DNA of 64,000 nucleotides from a phage, in sequence record PQ338057.1; one strand, given 5' to 3'. This document shows, piece by piece, positions 1 through 11,973 of the stretch. The translations under genes were made by a program, and so were the position numbers. The notes under the pieces were generated by a model, which was given only the letters and a program-made list of their open reading frames with translations, ran no database searches and was not told the origin of the DNA. Position 1 is the first letter of the stretch. Every line of letters begins with the position of its first letter.

Positions 1-28
1 GGGCTGCCCGCAGGGCGAGCGAAGCGAG

Positions 29-49
29 TCAATCCCCCCCTCACCGCCA
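29..49 (+). other. tRNA-Ser-like 3' terminal fragment (acceptor 3' strand + CCA) without a foldable T-arm; possible att remnant
   Basis: aatccccccctcaccgcca matches the 3' end of enterobacterial tRNA-Ser as I recall it; upstream bases do not form a T-stem. Confidence 0.35.
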
Positions 50-62
50 TATTTAAAGAAGA

Positions 63-90
63 GCTCGTACGAAAGTGCGAGCTTTTTTTT
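63..90 (+). terminator. Rho-independent terminator
   Basis: 8-bp stem gctcgtac/gtgcgagc, GAAA loop, run of 8 T. Confidence 0.6.
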
Positions 91-391
91 CGCATTTTAT
101 CTGTCTGTACGGCAGTGAACATGGTGGGCGGGTGGAGTATGTTACCTGTGAATTTCTAAGCTGCCTGTACGGCAGTGAACTCAAATACTACACGTTTAGC
201 CCGTTGTTAATAAAGCAAAACCATCCCATTCTCCTGCAGCACCCTTTTTTATCCTTACCTTCCAGCAGCACTAATTATCAACAACTTACCTTCACCTCCA
301 AAAATAGGGTTTTCACCGTTCCACCCCATAAACAAAAAGTCCGTAACCTCTTTCGAGATTACGGACTTCACCAACCTACCTGACAATCAGA

Positions 392-2668
392 TTAATGCGC
401 TGCTTCCGCCTTGTGCTTTTGTGCACTCTGGAATCCGTAAGTCAGCTCATTTTTCTCTTTATCCAGCGCGACGGTGACCTGACCGCCGTCCACCAGCGAA
501 CCAAACAGCAGTTCGTTGGCGAGCGTTTTTTTCAGGTTGTCCTGGATGACACGCGCCATCGGACGTGCGCCCATTGCCCGGTCGTAACCTTTCTCGGCCA
601 GCCAGTTACGCGCTTCCTGGCTCACTTCCAGAGAAACACCTTTCTGATCCAGCTGAACCTGCAACTCGACGATGAATTTATCCACCACCTGATGGATCAC
701 GTCGGTTGACAGATGATCAAACCAGATAATGTTGTCGAGACGGTTACGGAATTCCGGTGTAAAGATCTTCTTAATCTCTTCCATCGCATCGGTGCTGTTA
801 TCCTGGTGGATAAGACCAATGGATTTACGCTCAGTTTCACGTACCCCGGCGTTGGTGGTCATCACCAGCACCACGTTACGGAAGTCCGCTTTGCGTCCGT
901 TGTTATCGGTCAGCGTACCGTTGTCCATCACCTGCAACAGAATATTGAACACGTCAGGGTGCGCTTTCTCGATTTCGTCCAGCAGCAGAACCGCATGTGG
1001 ATGCTTGATGACCGCATCAGTCAGCAAACCGCCCTGATCAAAACCAACGTATCCCGGAGGCGCACCAATCAGACGGCTGACGGTATGGCGTTCCATATAC
1101 TCGGACATATCAAAGCGCAGAAGCTCAATGCCCAACGCTTTCGAAAGCTGTACCGTCACCTCTGTTTTCCCGACCCCGGTAGGACCGGCAAACAGGAACG
1201 AACCGACCGGTTTATGTTCGTGACCTAAACCTGCACGCGCCATCTTAATGGCTTCAGTCAGCGCCTCAATGGCTTTATCCTGGCCGAAGACCAGCATTTT
1301 CAGGCGATCGCCGAGGTTTTTCAGGGTATCGCGGTCACTCTGAGAAACACTCTTCTCTGGAATGCGTGCAATACGGGCCACCACGGACTCAATATCCGCC
1401 ACATTAACGGTTTTCTTGCGTTTGCTTACCGGCATCAGACGTGCGCGAGCGCCCGCTTCGTCGATAACATCAATGGCTTTATCCGGCAGATGACGATCGT
1501 TAATGTATTTCACCGCCAGCTCTACCGCCGCACGCACCGCTTTTGCGGTATAACGCACGTCGTGGTGCGCTTCATACTTCGGTTTCAGGCCATTGATGAT
1601 TTGAACAGTTTCTTCGATCGACGGTTCAGTAATATCAATTTTCTGGAAGCGACGCGCCAGAGCACGGTCTTTCTCGAAAATGTTGCTGAACTCCTGATAG
1701 GTTGTCGAACCAATTACGCGAATTTTACCGCTGGAGAGCAACGGTTTGATCAGGTTAGCCGCATCGACCTGGCCACCAGACGCTGCACCCGCACCGATAA
1801 TGGTGTGGATCTCATCAATAAACAGGATGCTGTTAGTGTCCTGCTCCAGCTGCTTGAGCAACGCTTTAAAACGTTTTTCAAAGTCGCCGCGATATTTAGT
1901 GCCCGCTAACAGAGAACCGATATCGAGAGAGTAAATTGTACAGTCAGCCATCACTTCCGGCACATCGCCCTGAACAATTCGCCAGGCAAGACCTTCTGCA
2001 ATCGCGGTTTTACCGACACCAGATTCCCCCACCAGCAGCGGGTTGTTTTTACGGCGACGGCAGAGAACCTGAATAGCACGCTCAAGCTCCTTCTCACGAC
2101 CAATCAGTGGGTCGATTCCGCCCACGCGCGCAAGCTGATTCAGGTTCGTCGTGAAATTCTCCATACGTTCCTCCCCACCAGCTTGTTCTTCGCTGTTTGG
2201 CTGGCTGCCAGGATCAGAAGACTGTGTCGGCTCGTCTTTACGCGTGCCATGAGAGATAAAATTCACCACATCGAGACGGCTGACTTCATGTTTACGCAAC
2301 AGATATGCCGCCTGCGACTCCTGTTCGCTAAAGATAGCGACCAGAACGTTTGCACCGGTAACCTCATTGCGACCGGAGGACTGGACATGGAAGACCGCAC
2401 GTTGCAGTACACGCTGAAAACTCAGCGTCGGCTGTGTGTCGCGCTCCTCTTCACTGGCAGGCAGAACGGGTGTGGTTTGTTCAATAAAGGCTTCCAGTTC
2501 CTGACGGAGCGCAACCAAATCCACAGAACACGCTTCCAGCGCCTCCCGGGCAGATGGGTTACTGAGCAGCGCCAGTAACAAGTGCTCGACGGTCATAAAC
2601 TCATGACGGTGCTCGCGCGCTCTGGCGAAAGCCATATTTAAACTGAGTTCCAGTTCTTGATTGAGCAT
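392..2668 (-). CDS. clpA: ATP-dependent Clp protease ATP-binding subunit ClpA
   Basis: 758-aa product starting [17 protein letters not shown]; two AAA+ modules with Walker A GESGVGKT and GPTGVGKT. Confidence 0.97.
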   Translation of the reverse strand: MLNQELELSLNMAFARAREHRHEFMTVEHLLLALLSNPSAREALEACSVDLVALRQELEAFIEQTTPVLPASEEERDTQPTLSFQRVLQRAVFHVQSSGRNEVTGANVLVAIFSEQESQAAYLLRKHEVSRLDVVNFISHGTRKDEPTQSSDPGSQPNSEEQAGGEERMENFTTNLNQLARVGGIDPLIGREKELERAIQVLCRRRKNNPLLVGESGVGKTAIAEGLAWRIVQGDVPEVMADCTIYSLDIGSLLAGTKYRGDFEKRFKALLKQLEQDTNSILFIDEIHTIIGAGAASGGQVDAANLIKPLLSSGKIRVIGSTTYQEFSNIFEKDRALARRFQKIDITEPSIEETVQIINGLKPKYEAHHDVRYTAKAVRAAVELAVKYINDRHLPDKAIDVIDEAGARARLMPVSKRKKTVNVADIESVVARIARIPEKSVSQSDRDTLKNLGDRLKMLVFGQDKAIEALTEAIKMARAGLGHEHKPVGSFLFAGPTGVGKTEVTVQLSKALGIELLRFDMSEYMERHTVSRLIGAPPGYVGFDQGGLLTDAVIKHPHAVLLLDEIEKAHPDVFNILLQVMDNGTLTDNNGRKADFRNVVLVMTTNAGVRETERKSIGLIHQDNSTDAMEEIKKIFTPEFRNRLDNIIWFDHLSTDVIHQVVDKFIVELQVQLDQKGVSLEVSQEARNWLAEKGYDRAMGARPMARVIQDNLKKTLANELLFGSLVDGGQVTVALDKEKNELTYGFQSAQKHKAEAAH

Positions 2669-2698
2669 AGGCACCTCCCCCAATTTTTATGCCTGCAT

Positions 2699-3019
2699 TC
2701 AGGCTTTTTCTAGCGTACACAGCAATGGATGCTCATTCTCCCTCGCGTACTTGTTCACCATCGCCACTTTGGTTTCTGCAACCTCGGCGGTAAAGACTCC
2801 GCAAATGGCCTTCCCCTGGTAGTGAACAGCGAGCATCAATTGCGTTGCACGTTCTACATCATAAGAAAAGAATTTTTGTAACACGTCAATAACAAACTCC
2901 ATCGGAGTGTAATCATCATTGACTAATATCACTTTATACATAGATGGCGGTTTTAGCGCGTCGCGAACTTTTTCTTCCGCCAGTTGATCAAAGTCCAGCC
3001 AGTCGTTCGTTTTACCCAT
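2699..3019 (-). CDS. clpS: ClpS adaptor protein
   Basis: 106 aa, directly upstream of clpA on same strand. Confidence 0.95.
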
Positions 3020-3341
3020 TGTCAGTTATCATCTTCGGTTACGGTTATCGGCAGAACGCCCTGCCGCTGACAAGAGCTTATTTGCCTGACCAATCTACTC
3101 CACATGATAGATAACTATCATCTATCGTTGGCATCAGCGACATCTGTCACATTCCTGTCAATAGCGTTAACTGCTTCAAATTTTTGATTCATACCTGCCC
3201 CCTGTCCCCTGTCAAATGCTTGACGGCTCGCCCTAATTCTCTAAATTGTATTTCTAGAGTTGGCGAGGTTTTGAACAGCCCCCTCTCTGACCCCGGTTTA
3301 TTCCATCTTACTTGTATAAGATTTGCGAAGGATGTCGAAGC

Positions 3342-3566
3342 ATGGAAAAGGGTACTGTTAAGTGGTTCAACAATGCCAAAGGGTTTGGTTTCATCTGCCC
3401 TGAAGGCGGCGGCGAAGATATTTTCGCTCATTATTCCACCATTCAGATGGATGGTTACAGAACGCTAAAAGCTGGACAATCCGTTCAGTTTGATGTCCAC
3501 CAGGGGCCAAAAGGCAATCACGCCAGTGTTATTGTGCCCGTCGAAGTAGAAGCGGCAGTCGCATAG
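3342..3566 (+). CDS. cspD: Cold-shock-domain protein CspD
   Basis: 74 aa from MEKGTVKWFN; cold-shock domain; ORF track start is upstream of the likely real start. Confidence 0.93.
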   Translation: MEKGTVKWFNNAKGFGFICPEGGGEDIFAHYSTIQMDGYRTLKAGQSVQFDVHQGPKGNHASVIVPVEVEAAVA

Positions 3567-3602
3567 CTCTTCTGTCTCATTGTGTACATCCTAAAGGCAA
3601 AA

Positions 3603-3630
3603 TGCCAGCCCGATCGGCTGGCATTTTTAT
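3603..3630. terminator. Hairpin terminator between convergent cspD and macB
   Basis: tgccagcc/ggctggca stem flanked by A-run and T-run. Confidence 0.5.
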
Positions 3631-3638
3631 CTCAAAAA

Positions 3639-5585
3639 TTACTCTCGTGCCAGAGCATCTACTGGATCCAGTCGTGCCGCATTTCGTGCGGGTAACCAGC
3701 CAAATAAAATCCCGGTGACCGTCGAGCAGAGAAACGCCAGCAGCAGCGCCAACGGTGAAAAACCAATCTCCCAGCCGGGTAAGAAAAGCTGCAAGGTGAA
3801 AGCAATTAACAGTGACAGTGTTATTCCCAACGCGCCACCGACCAGGCAAACCAGTACGGCTTCGATCAGGAACTGTTGCAAAACATCGCTTGCTCGCGCA
3901 CCTACAGCCATGCGAATGCCAATTTCCCGCGTCCGCTCGGTCACTGACACCAGCATAATATTCATTACACCAATACCGCCCACCACCAGCGAAATCACCG
4001 CCACCAGCGTCAGAAACAGTTGTAAAGTACGTGTGGTCTTTTCAACAGTTTTCAAGACGCCGTCCATGTTCCAGGTAAAGAAATCCTTCTTTCCGTGGCG
4101 CAGTGAAAGTAAACGCGTGAGTTGCTGTTCCGCCTCGGCGCTGTCAAATCCTTCTTTCACCCTGACAGTAATGGAGTTAAGCCACGACTGGCCCATAACT
4201 CGCCCGGACATCGTGCTGTAAGGTAGCCAGACACGCAGCACTTTACTGCTACCAAACATCGACTGTTTTTCTTCCGCCACACCAATGACTCTGGCGGGCA
4301 TATTGCCGACCAGAATCACCTCGCCAACCACATCTGCTTTATGGGGGAAAAGCTGGCGGCGAGTATTACTGTCGAGAACCACGACCTGCGCACGACCGTT
4401 CAGCTGCTCCTGATTAAAGGTGTTCCCTTCACTGAAGGTCATGCCATAGACATTAAAATAATCGCCGCTCACGCCATTGGCACTGGCAGCAACATCAACA
4501 TTGTTATAACGCAGGCGCAGGTTTTGCGAGACGGCAGGTGTGGCTGAGGCGACCCACGGTTGTTTTTGGATGGCGATTAAGTCGTCGTACTTCAGCGCCT
4601 GTTGATATTGCGGATCGTCATCGCCAAAATCTTTCCCGGGATAGACATCAATAGTATTCGTACCAATAGAACGAATATCCGCCAGCACCATTTGTTTGGC
4701 GGCGTCACCCACCACGACAATGGAAACCACCGACGCAATACCGATAATAATCCCCAGCATGGTCAGTAAAGTACGCATTTTATTCGCTGCCAGCGCCCGC
4801 CATGCCATCGTCAGCGCCTCGTTAAAACCGCTGACAAACTGCCGCCAGCCAGACACCGTGTTGACAACAGGCTCCGTCCCGCCAGCAACATTCACTTTTT
4901 CAATGGCGGGAGGATTGCGCACAATTTCGCCGTCGCGAATTTCGATCACCCGCTCGGCCTGAGCAGCGACCTGCGGATCGTGGGTGACGATAATCACCGT
5001 ATGCCCGCGATCGCGCAGCTGATGCAGGATCGCCATCACCTCTTCGCCAGAATGGCTGTCCAGTGCGCCGGTTGGTTCATCGGCAAGAATTACCTGACCG
5101 CCGTTCATCAATGCCCGCGCGATGCTGACGCGCTGTTGCTGACCACCCGAAAGCTGTGCCGGATAATACTCTGTACGGTCTTCCAGCCCCAGCCGTTGCA
5201 GCAACTCCTGGGCGCGAAGCAGCCGCTGTTTCCGCTCAAGACCAGCATAGACGGCGGGAACTTCAACGTTCTGCTCGGCGGTTAAATGCGAAAGCAAATG
5301 GTAACGCTGGAAAATAAAGCCGAAATGCTCGCGGCGCAGTTGCGCCAGCGCATCGGCGTCCAGCGTGGCAACATCCTGACCGGCGACGCGATAGGTGCCG
5401 CTGGTGGCCTTATCCAGACAGCCGAGAATATTCATCAGGGTCGATTTACCGGAACCCGAAGCGCCAACAATCGCCACCATCTCACCAGCATAAATATCGA
5501 GGGTGATGCCCTTCAGCACCTCAACCTGCTCATCACCGGCAGGATAGCTGCGACGAATATCCTTTAATTCGAGCAAAGGCGTCAT
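3639..5585 (-). CDS. macB: Macrolide export ABC transporter ATPase/permease MacB
   Basis: 648 aa; N-terminal ABC domain ([17 protein letters not shown]) plus C-terminal permease. Confidence 0.95.
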   Translation of the reverse strand: MTPLLELKDIRRSYPAGDEQVEVLKGITLDIYAGEMVAIVGASGSGKSTLMNILGCLDKATSGTYRVAGQDVATLDADALAQLRREHFGFIFQRYHLLSHLTAEQNVEVPAVYAGLERKQRLLRAQELLQRLGLEDRTEYYPAQLSGGQQQRVSIARALMNGGQVILADEPTGALDSHSGEEVMAILHQLRDRGHTVIIVTHDPQVAAQAERVIEIRDGEIVRNPPAIEKVNVAGGTEPVVNTVSGWRQFVSGFNEALTMAWRALAANKMRTLLTMLGIIIGIASVVSIVVVGDAAKQMVLADIRSIGTNTIDVYPGKDFGDDDPQYQQALKYDDLIAIQKQPWVASATPAVSQNLRLRYNNVDVAASANGVSGDYFNVYGMTFSEGNTFNQEQLNGRAQVVVLDSNTRRQLFPHKADVVGEVILVGNMPARVIGVAEEKQSMFGSSKVLRVWLPYSTMSGRVMGQSWLNSITVRVKEGFDSAEAEQQLTRLLSLRHGKKDFFTWNMDGVLKTVEKTTRTLQLFLTLVAVISLVVGGIGVMNIMLVSVTERTREIGIRMAVGARASDVLQQFLIEAVLVCLVGGALGITLSLLIAFTLQLFLPGWEIGFSPLALLLAFLCSTVTGILFGWLPARNAARLDPVDALARE

Positions 5586-6697
5586 TGTGCAGCTCCTGGT
5601 TTGGCCTCACCAATCACCACTTCATCGCCCGCTTCAAGCCCTTTGACAATCTCAACATCGGTATCGTTACGTGCGCCAATCGTCACTTCACGCTCGCGTG
5701 TTTCACCATTACGCAACAATTTGACTTTATAACGATTATCGCCAACCGGATCGCCTAACGCCGACAGAGGGATCGTCAGCACATTTTTCACATCGGTGAG
5801 CTGAATATGCACTTGCGCAGTCATATCCAGCCGCAGCAAACCATTGGGGTTGGGGACTTCAAAACGGGCGTAATAGAAAATAGCGTCGTTAACCTTTTCC
5901 GGCGTCGGTAGTACATCCTTGATTTGCCCCTCGTAGCGCGTCAGTGGATCGCCAAGCACCGTAAACCAGGCTTTTTGCCCCGGCTTCAGGTGGATTACAT
6001 CCGCTTCAGAAACCTGCGCTTTTACCAGCATGGTGCTCATATCTGCCAGCGTCAGAATGTTCGGTGCTTGTTGTGCGGCAATCACCGTCTGGCCTTGCAG
6101 AGTGGTGATTTGCGTGACTTCCCCGGCCATCGGGGCAACGATGCGAGTGTAATCGAGATTGGTTTTAGCCGTATCGAGAGAAGCCTGATTGCGCTTGATT
6201 TGCGCGTCAATGGTGCCAATTTGCGCCTGTTTCACAGCCATCTCCGTCGCGGCGGTGTCGAGATCCTGCTGTGAAACAGCCTTCGTTTGTGCCAGACGTT
6301 GCTGACGGGAATACGTCACCCGCGCCAGTTTCAGCTCCGCTTCCGCCTGCTGCCGCTGCGCGCGTAGCTCCATCAGCGTTGCTTCGACCTCCTTGATCTG
6401 GTTTTCAGCCTGTTCAGGATCAATGACCCCTAAAAGCTGGTCTTTTTTTACTTTATCGCCAATCGCCACCGACAGCGTTTTCAACTGACCGCTGACCTGC
6501 GCGCCCACGTCAACCTTACGCAGCGCGTCCAGCTTTCCGGTCGCCAGCACGCTTTGCTGTAAATCACCGGGGCGCACAATCAGTGTCTGATAAGTCGGCA
6601 CGGGTGCGTTAAGAATTCTCCATAACGTAATCAGTCCGGCGATGACTATCACCAGCGCAATAACGTAACGCTTCTTCACGGTTTTCCGCTTTTTCAT
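5582..6697 (-). CDS. macA: Macrolide efflux periplasmic adaptor MacA
   Basis: 371 aa from MKKRKTVKK; 4-bp overlap with macB. Confidence 0.92.
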   Translation of the reverse strand: MKKRKTVKKRYVIALVIVIAGLITLWRILNAPVPTYQTLIVRPGDLQQSVLATGKLDALRKVDVGAQVSGQLKTLSVAIGDKVKKDQLLGVIDPEQAENQIKEVEATLMELRAQRQQAEAELKLARVTYSRQQRLAQTKAVSQQDLDTAATEMAVKQAQIGTIDAQIKRNQASLDTAKTNLDYTRIVAPMAGEVTQITTLQGQTVIAAQQAPNILTLADMSTMLVKAQVSEADVIHLKPGQKAWFTVLGDPLTRYEGQIKDVLPTPEKVNDAIFYYARFEVPNPNGLLRLDMTAQVHIQLTDVKNVLTIPLSALGDPVGDNRYKVKLLRNGETREREVTIGARNDTDVEIVKGLEAGDEVVIGEAKPGAAQ

Positions 6698-6811
6698 AAA
6701 TATTCTGAATACTCCATATGCCAATCCGGGTCATTAACTTCAACGAAATATCAACAAACCCCTAAAATTTACGTTAGTAATCACACTATTGATGTTTGGT
6801 TAAGATACGCA

Positions 6812-7804
6812 ATGGTGAAATCGACGTCATGTATAACCATTGATTTCATGAATATGTCGCAGCTAACTGAACGGACCTTTACGCCATCTGAATCTCTCAG
6901 CAGCCTGTCACTTTTTCTTAGTCTGGCACGTGGACAGTGTCGGCCGGGTAAATTCTGGCATCGCCGTAGTTTTCGCCAGAAATTTTTGCTGCGCTCGTTG
7001 ATTATGCCGCGTTTAAGCGTTGAGTGGATGAACGAACTTTCCCACTGGCCTAATCTCAATGTATTGTTAACGCGCCAGCCGCGACTGCCTGTGCGTCTGC
7101 ATCGCCCTTACCTTGCGGCGAATCTTAGCCGTAAGCAATTGCTGGAGGCGTTACGTTACCATTATGCGTTACTCCGCGGATGTATGTCGGCGGAAGAATT
7201 CAGCTTATATTTGAATACCCCCGGGCTGCAACTGGCGAAGCTGGAAGGCAAAAACGGCGAGCAGTTCACGCTTGAGCTGACCATGATGATCTCAATGGAT
7301 AAAGAAGGTGACAGCACAATCCTGTTCCGCAACAGCGAAGGTATTCCTCTGGCAGAGATCACGTTTACCCTGTGTGAATATCAGGGGAAAAGAACGATGT
7401 TTATTGGCGGACTGCAAGGCGCAAAATGGGAAATTCCACATCAGGAAATCCAGAATGCGACGAAAGCCTGCCACGGGCTATTTCCCAAACGCCTCGTGAT
7501 GGAAGCGGCCTGTCTGTTTGCCCAACGTTTGCAGGTAGAGCAGATTATTGCCGTCAGCAATGAAACGCATATTTACCGCAGCCTGCGTTATCGCGATAAA
7601 GAAGGCAAGATCCACGCTGATTACAACGCTTTCTGGGAATCGGTTGGCGGCGTATGTGATGCTGAACGCCATTACCGCCTTCCAGCACAGATAGCACGAA
7701 AAGAGATTGCCGAAATCGCCAGTAAAAAACGGGCTGAATACCGTCGGCGCTATGAGATGCTCGACGCTATTCAGCCACAAATGGCCACGATGTTTCGCGG
7801 TTAA
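6812..7804 (+). CDS. ybjX: YbjX (VirK-like, DUF535) protein
   Basis: 330-aa ORF at the position expected from synteny; start not verified. Confidence 0.8.
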   Translation: MVKSTSCITIDFMNMSQLTERTFTPSESLSSLSLFLSLARGQCRPGKFWHRRSFRQKFLLRSLIMPRLSVEWMNELSHWPNLNVLLTRQPRLPVRLHRPYLAANLSRKQLLEALRYHYALLRGCMSAEEFSLYLNTPGLQLAKLEGKNGEQFTLELTMMISMDKEGDSTILFRNSEGIPLAEITFTLCEYQGKRTMFIGGLQGAKWEIPHQEIQNATKACHGLFPKRLVMEAACLFAQRLQVEQIIAVSNETHIYRSLRYRDKEGKIHADYNAFWESVGGVCDAERHYRLPAQIARKEIAEIASKKRAEYRRRYEMLDAIQPQMATMFRG

Positions 7805-9459
7805 TCCGCGCGACCGCGCGCCAGCCACAGCACGCGTGAGAACATTTTTTTCAGCAGCGTCGGTACGGAGTCCACACCACGACGTCCTGCCTCCATTGCC
7901 ACTTCAATGGCAAGATCGGGTTTGGAAGAGCGATGGATCGCTTTCGAGATAATTTTGCGTAGATTCATCGGTACATTTTCCGGGATTTGCGCCATGCGGT
8001 GGAACACATCGGAAAATCCCTGGCGATACATAAAATGTTCCATATCCAGCGCCGGTAACGCCGTTAAATGTTCTCGTTCGGCTTCCCGATCGTTATTCAA
8101 CAGGCTGCGTACCGTAGCGGCATATTTCTTCCCTGCTTCATCGCCATCGACCAGTACATGCCATTCAATCCCCATTCGGCGGGCAAATTTAACCAGTGGC
8201 TTTAGCCCGGACTGGGCAAACTCAATGACCTTGATCCCTTCGGCATCAAAATGATGTCCGCACTGACGCGCCAGTTCATTGATAACCCAGGTTTCCGTTT
8301 CCCCTTCCACCAGCAACCAGCAGCGTGCAAACAGCGATGACGGACGGTTAAAACGAATGTGAAAGGATATGCGTCGGCTATCTTCGGTACTCAAGCCACT
8401 CGGCCCCAGACGCCAGGCGGCAACGCGCGAGGACTCACGTACCAGTCGGCAAACATGCTCTACCGGCGTTAACGAAAGCAACTCACCCGAGTTGGTGGTG
8501 GCAATGCGCTGCAATGGCAGAAGATTCAACAGATGCCAGGCAACTGAAAGCATAATGGGGTGTAAACGGGTTTCTGGATCTTCGATCAGCAACAATGGAC
8601 GGGCGTCTTTATCCAGTCGCAATGTGCCTTTTGCCTGCAACAAAGTAGCAAACAGGCCGAGCAAAATAACCCGATACGAGCGCCCACCAGGTCGGTCAAT
8701 CATCCGGTTGATGATATCCAGATAGCGCCAGCTTCGTTGCTCATTGCTGGCTCGCCGCCGCATTAAACGATATCGCGCCTGTCCGGCCCCCTGCTCAGAG
8801 AAATAATGCTCAAGCAGCTGTACCATTGCGGAAAGTCCCTGACGAATCTGCCCATCAGAGAGATTTTGCGGATGTGAGGATAACTCACGGGCGAGGAAAT
8901 CGAGCTGGCGCGCGGTGACTTCCACATTAGGGACATTTGGCACCGTGCCGTTACGAATACGGCGCATAAAACGGGCATCACGCAAGCGCAGCACCGGCAT
9001 TAAACGCACCAGATGGCGTGCCTGATCGTTAATATCCTCGACATCAATCGGATGTCCGTCTTTATCGAGAAAACTGCGCAGTGTCATCACGCTGCCGTCT
9101 TCCGCACTCTCCCCTTCCAGACGATAAAAAATACGGTGATAGCCATCGGTGCATGGCGTCCAGCACGCTTCCAGCGGCCGATAACGGCGAACCCGATGTC
9201 GGCCTGGCAGCGATTCGCGGAAGGTCAAAATAATATGCAGATGATGTTCTCGCCCGTTGATATCTCCCGGCGGGAACCAGAAATCGTCGCGCTCAAAATG
9301 GTAGAGATCTGATTCTGGCGATAGCAGCAGAGTTAAGGCGTCCAGCAAGCTGGATTTACCCCACGCGTTCTCCCCAATCAGGACGTTGTTTTGTTCCAGC
9401 ATCAACGACAAACGGTTGATACCGCGAAAACCCACAATTTCAACGCGCTCAAGAATCAT
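7801..9459 (-). CDS. ybjD: OLD-family-like ATPase/nuclease YbjD
   Basis: 552 aa; N-terminal P-loop GENAWGKSS; conserved synteny. Confidence 0.88.
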   Translation of the reverse strand: MILERVEIVGFRGINRLSLMLEQNNVLIGENAWGKSSLLDALTLLLSPESDLYHFERDDFWFPPGDINGREHHLHIILTFRESLPGRHRVRRYRPLEACWTPCTDGYHRIFYRLEGESAEDGSVMTLRSFLDKDGHPIDVEDINDQARHLVRLMPVLRLRDARFMRRIRNGTVPNVPNVEVTARQLDFLARELSSHPQNLSDGQIRQGLSAMVQLLEHYFSEQGAGQARYRLMRRRASNEQRSWRYLDIINRMIDRPGGRSYRVILLGLFATLLQAKGTLRLDKDARPLLLIEDPETRLHPIMLSVAWHLLNLLPLQRIATTNSGELLSLTPVEHVCRLVRESSRVAAWRLGPSGLSTEDSRRISFHIRFNRPSSLFARCWLLVEGETETWVINELARQCGHHFDAEGIKVIEFAQSGLKPLVKFARRMGIEWHVLVDGDEAGKKYAATVRSLLNNDREAEREHLTALPALDMEHFMYRQGFSDVFHRMAQIPENVPMNLRKIISKAIHRSSKPDLAIEVAMEAGRRGVDSVPTLLKKMFSRVLWLARGRAD

Positions 9460-9883
9460 ATCCCCTCCAGAAATATGTGACTTATCCTTTACGCTGGCAG
9501 TATAACGGGAAAGGCCTTGCTAATACGTGATGACATCACATTTAAGCATGGCAAATGTCTGAAAAATGAGCGAATAATCGCGTTATACTCCCTCTTGCTG
9601 ATAAGTCTGCAAAAACAACAAAATCAAATAATTAGCATGATAAATTATTTTTTATTACGCCTAAAGGATTAAATCTTTTGCTTGCACTACACTGTCAATC
9701 AGACAAACGACTATATGGGGCAACCCGCTGTTGCCCTAAATCAAATTTACTGGATTTATTTATCTGGTGAATGACTCGCCTTCGTTTTTAAAATAGCCGC
9801 GCATTATTTCCGTCGTCACTTTTTACGACGGCCCTATAAAACGACCATATTTTTCACAGGGTCAATTTTTAATTGAGGTGGAT

Positions 9884-10579
9884 ATGTTCAGAAAATTAGC
9901 AGCTGAATGTTTTGGTACTTTCTGGCTTGTTTTTGGTGGCTGTGGTAGTGCTGTACTGGCCGCAGGCTTCCCGGAATTAGGCATTGGTTTTGCCGGCGTG
10001 GCGTTGGCGTTCGGTCTGACCGTTCTGACGATGGCCTTTGCTGTTGGTCATATTTCTGGTGGTCATTTTAACCCGGCGGTCACTATTGGTTTATGGGCTG
10101 GCGGACGTTTTCCGGCAAAAGAAGTCGTTGGCTACGTAATTGCCCAGGTTGTCGGCGGTATTGTTGCGGCAGCGCTGCTGTATTTAATTGCCAGTGGTAA
10201 AACGGGTTTTGACGCGGCAGCCAGCGGTTTTGCTTCTAACGGTTATGGCGAGCATTCACCAGGCGGTTATTCCATGCTTTCCGCGCTGGTAGTTGAACTG
10301 GTATTGAGTGCAGGTTTCCTGTTGGTGATCCACGGCGCAACCGACAAATTCGCGCCGGCAGGTTTTGCGCCGATCGCTATTGGTCTGGCCTTAACCCTGA
10401 TTCACTTAATTAGTATTCCGGTGACTAACACTTCTGTTAACCCGGCGCGCAGCACCGCGGTTGCTATCTTCCAGGGCGGCTGGGCATTAGAACAACTGTG
10501 GTTCTTCTGGGTGGTGCCAATTGTCGGCGGCATTATCGGTGGTCTGATTTACCGGACCCTGCTGGAAAAGCGTGATTAA
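9884..10579 (+). CDS. aqpZ: Aquaporin Z
   Basis: 231 aa from MFRKLAAE; two NPA motifs ([14 protein letters not shown]). Confidence 0.96.
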   Translation: MFRKLAAECFGTFWLVFGGCGSAVLAAGFPELGIGFAGVALAFGLTVLTMAFAVGHISGGHFNPAVTIGLWAGGRFPAKEVVGYVIAQVVGGIVAAALLYLIASGKTGFDAAASGFASNGYGEHSPGGYSMLSALVVELVLSAGFLLVIHGATDKFAPAGFAPIAIGLALTLIHLISIPVTNTSVNPARSTAVAIFQGGWALEQLWFFWVVPIVGGIIGGLIYRTLLEKRD

Positions 10580-10588
10580 TTAACGCAG

Positions 10589-10618
10589 AAGGCCTGGCGT
10601 AATGTCAGGCCTTTTTTT
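10589..10618 (+). terminator. aqpZ intrinsic terminator
   Basis: aggcctg/caggcct stem followed by T-run. Confidence 0.55.
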
Positions 10619-10679
10619 AAGATGTTGTTATATGTTGATTCATCATCTTGTTGCGCTCCTTTCATGAGCTAAGCAACAT

Positions 10680-10910
10680 ATTGCCACTGGCGCAAGGAGC
10701 GCGCAGGGGGCGGCCAATCGCCGCCGCCCCCTGCACCCCCGGGCTCTGGCGAACAAAATCGCCGCTGCGCGGTGCCCTCGACTTATCCCTTACGGCTACC
10801 GGGTCGGGCGCGAGGTAACATCCCTGTAAAACGCGCCCTCAGCCCACATCCATGTGGGCTGCCCCGGCCTTCAGGGAACGCCTCGGCGATTTTGACGCCA
10901 CCAACATCGG
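10680..10910. repeat. GC-rich intergenic element with nested palindromes
   Basis: hairpins gcagggggcggc...gccgccgccccctgc and cagcccacat-c-catgtgggctg; GC far above the flanking AT-rich DNA. Confidence 0.4.
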
Positions 10911-11073
10911 TGCAGTTTGTAATTAAAGCGCAAGAATATCTTTAAATGAAAACGAATACTCTACTGCTCCTTATGCATAACATTTCCTTTTAATTGCAAC
11001 TTTACTCGTCCTTCCGCTTTCAGTAGTGTGTCATCGCGCATTTCGACTTCATCTTTGCAAGGACTGGGTTTTC

Positions 11074-11973
11074 ATGTTTTCTGGGCTGTTAATCATTCTG
11101 GTTCCCCTGATTGTGGGTTACCTCATTCCGCTTCGCCAACAAGCTGCGTTAAAAGTTATTAATCAGCTATTAAGCTGGATGGTTTACCTTATTCTCTTTT
11201 TTATGGGTATCAGTCTGGCGTTTCTCGATAACCTCGCCAGTAACCTGTTGGCGATTCTGCATTATTCTGCCGTCAGTATTACCGTTATTTTACTGTGTAA
11301 TATTGCCGCCCTGATGTGGCTGGAGCGAGGCCTGCCGTGGCGCAACCACCATCAGCAAGAAAAACTCCCGTCGCGTATTGCGATGGCGCTGGAGTCGCTA
11401 AAACTGTGCGGCGTAGTAGTGATTGGTTTTGCCATTGGTCTGAGTGGACTGGCTTTCTTACAACACGCGACCGAAGCCAGTGAATACACGTTAATTTTGC
11501 TACTTTTCCTCGTTGGTATTCAGTTGCGCAATAATGGCATGACCTTAAAGCAGATTGTCCTTAATCGCCGGGGAATGATTGTCGCCGTGGTGGTGGTTGT
11601 CAGTTCATTAATTGGTGGTTTAATTAACGCCTTTATTCTTGATCTCCCCATCAATACCGCGCTGGCAATGGCCTCCGGTTTCGGCTGGTATTCTCTTTCC
11701 GGTATTTTATTGACCGAATCTTTTGGTCCGGTAATCGGGAGCGCGGCGTTTTTTAATGATCTGGCCCGTGAACTGATTGCTATTATGTTGATCCCTGGGC
11801 TGATTCGCCGCAGCCGCTCTACTGCACTGGGCTTATGCGGTGCCACATCAATGGATTTCACCCTGCCCGTTCTTCAACGTACTGGCGGGCTGGATATGGT
11901 CCCGGCGGCAATTGTTCACGGTTTTATTCTTAGCCTGTTAGTGCCGATCCTCATCGCCTTTTTCTCTGCGTAA
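11074..11973 (+). CDS. ybjE: Inner-membrane lysine exporter YbjE (LysO)
   Basis: 299 aa from MFSGLLIILVPL; polytopic membrane protein. Confidence 0.85.
   Translation: MFSGLLIILVPLIVGYLIPLRQQAALKVINQLLSWMVYLILFFMGISLAFLDNLASNLLAILHYSAVSITVILLCNIAALMWLERGLPWRNHHQQEKLPSRIAMALESLKLCGVVVIGFAIGLSGLAFLQHATEASEYTLILLLFLVGIQLRNNGMTLKQIVLNRRGMIVAVVVVVSSLIGGLINAFILDLPINTALAMASGFGWYSLSGILLTESFGPVIGSAAFFNDLARELIAIMLIPGLIRRSRSTALGLCGATSMDFTLPVLQRTGGLDMVPAAIVHGFILSLLVPILIAFFSA

Noticed and set aside
1-49. Intact tRNA-Ser gene at the window start
   Set aside because: Only the acceptor 3' strand and CCA match; the would-be T-stem and T-loop (aagcg / agtcaat) cannot pair with ccccc, so it is a 3'-end fragment, not a functional tRNA.
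75-383. 102-aa ORF on the plus strand between the terminator and clpA
   Set aside because: It lies in the region downstream of clpA, has no convincing ribosome-binding site or family resemblance, and starts inside the terminator hairpin; likely non-coding.
395-2578. Several plus-strand ORFs (104-171 aa) inside clpA
   Set aside because: Antisense shadow ORFs within a well-supported gene; no independent support.
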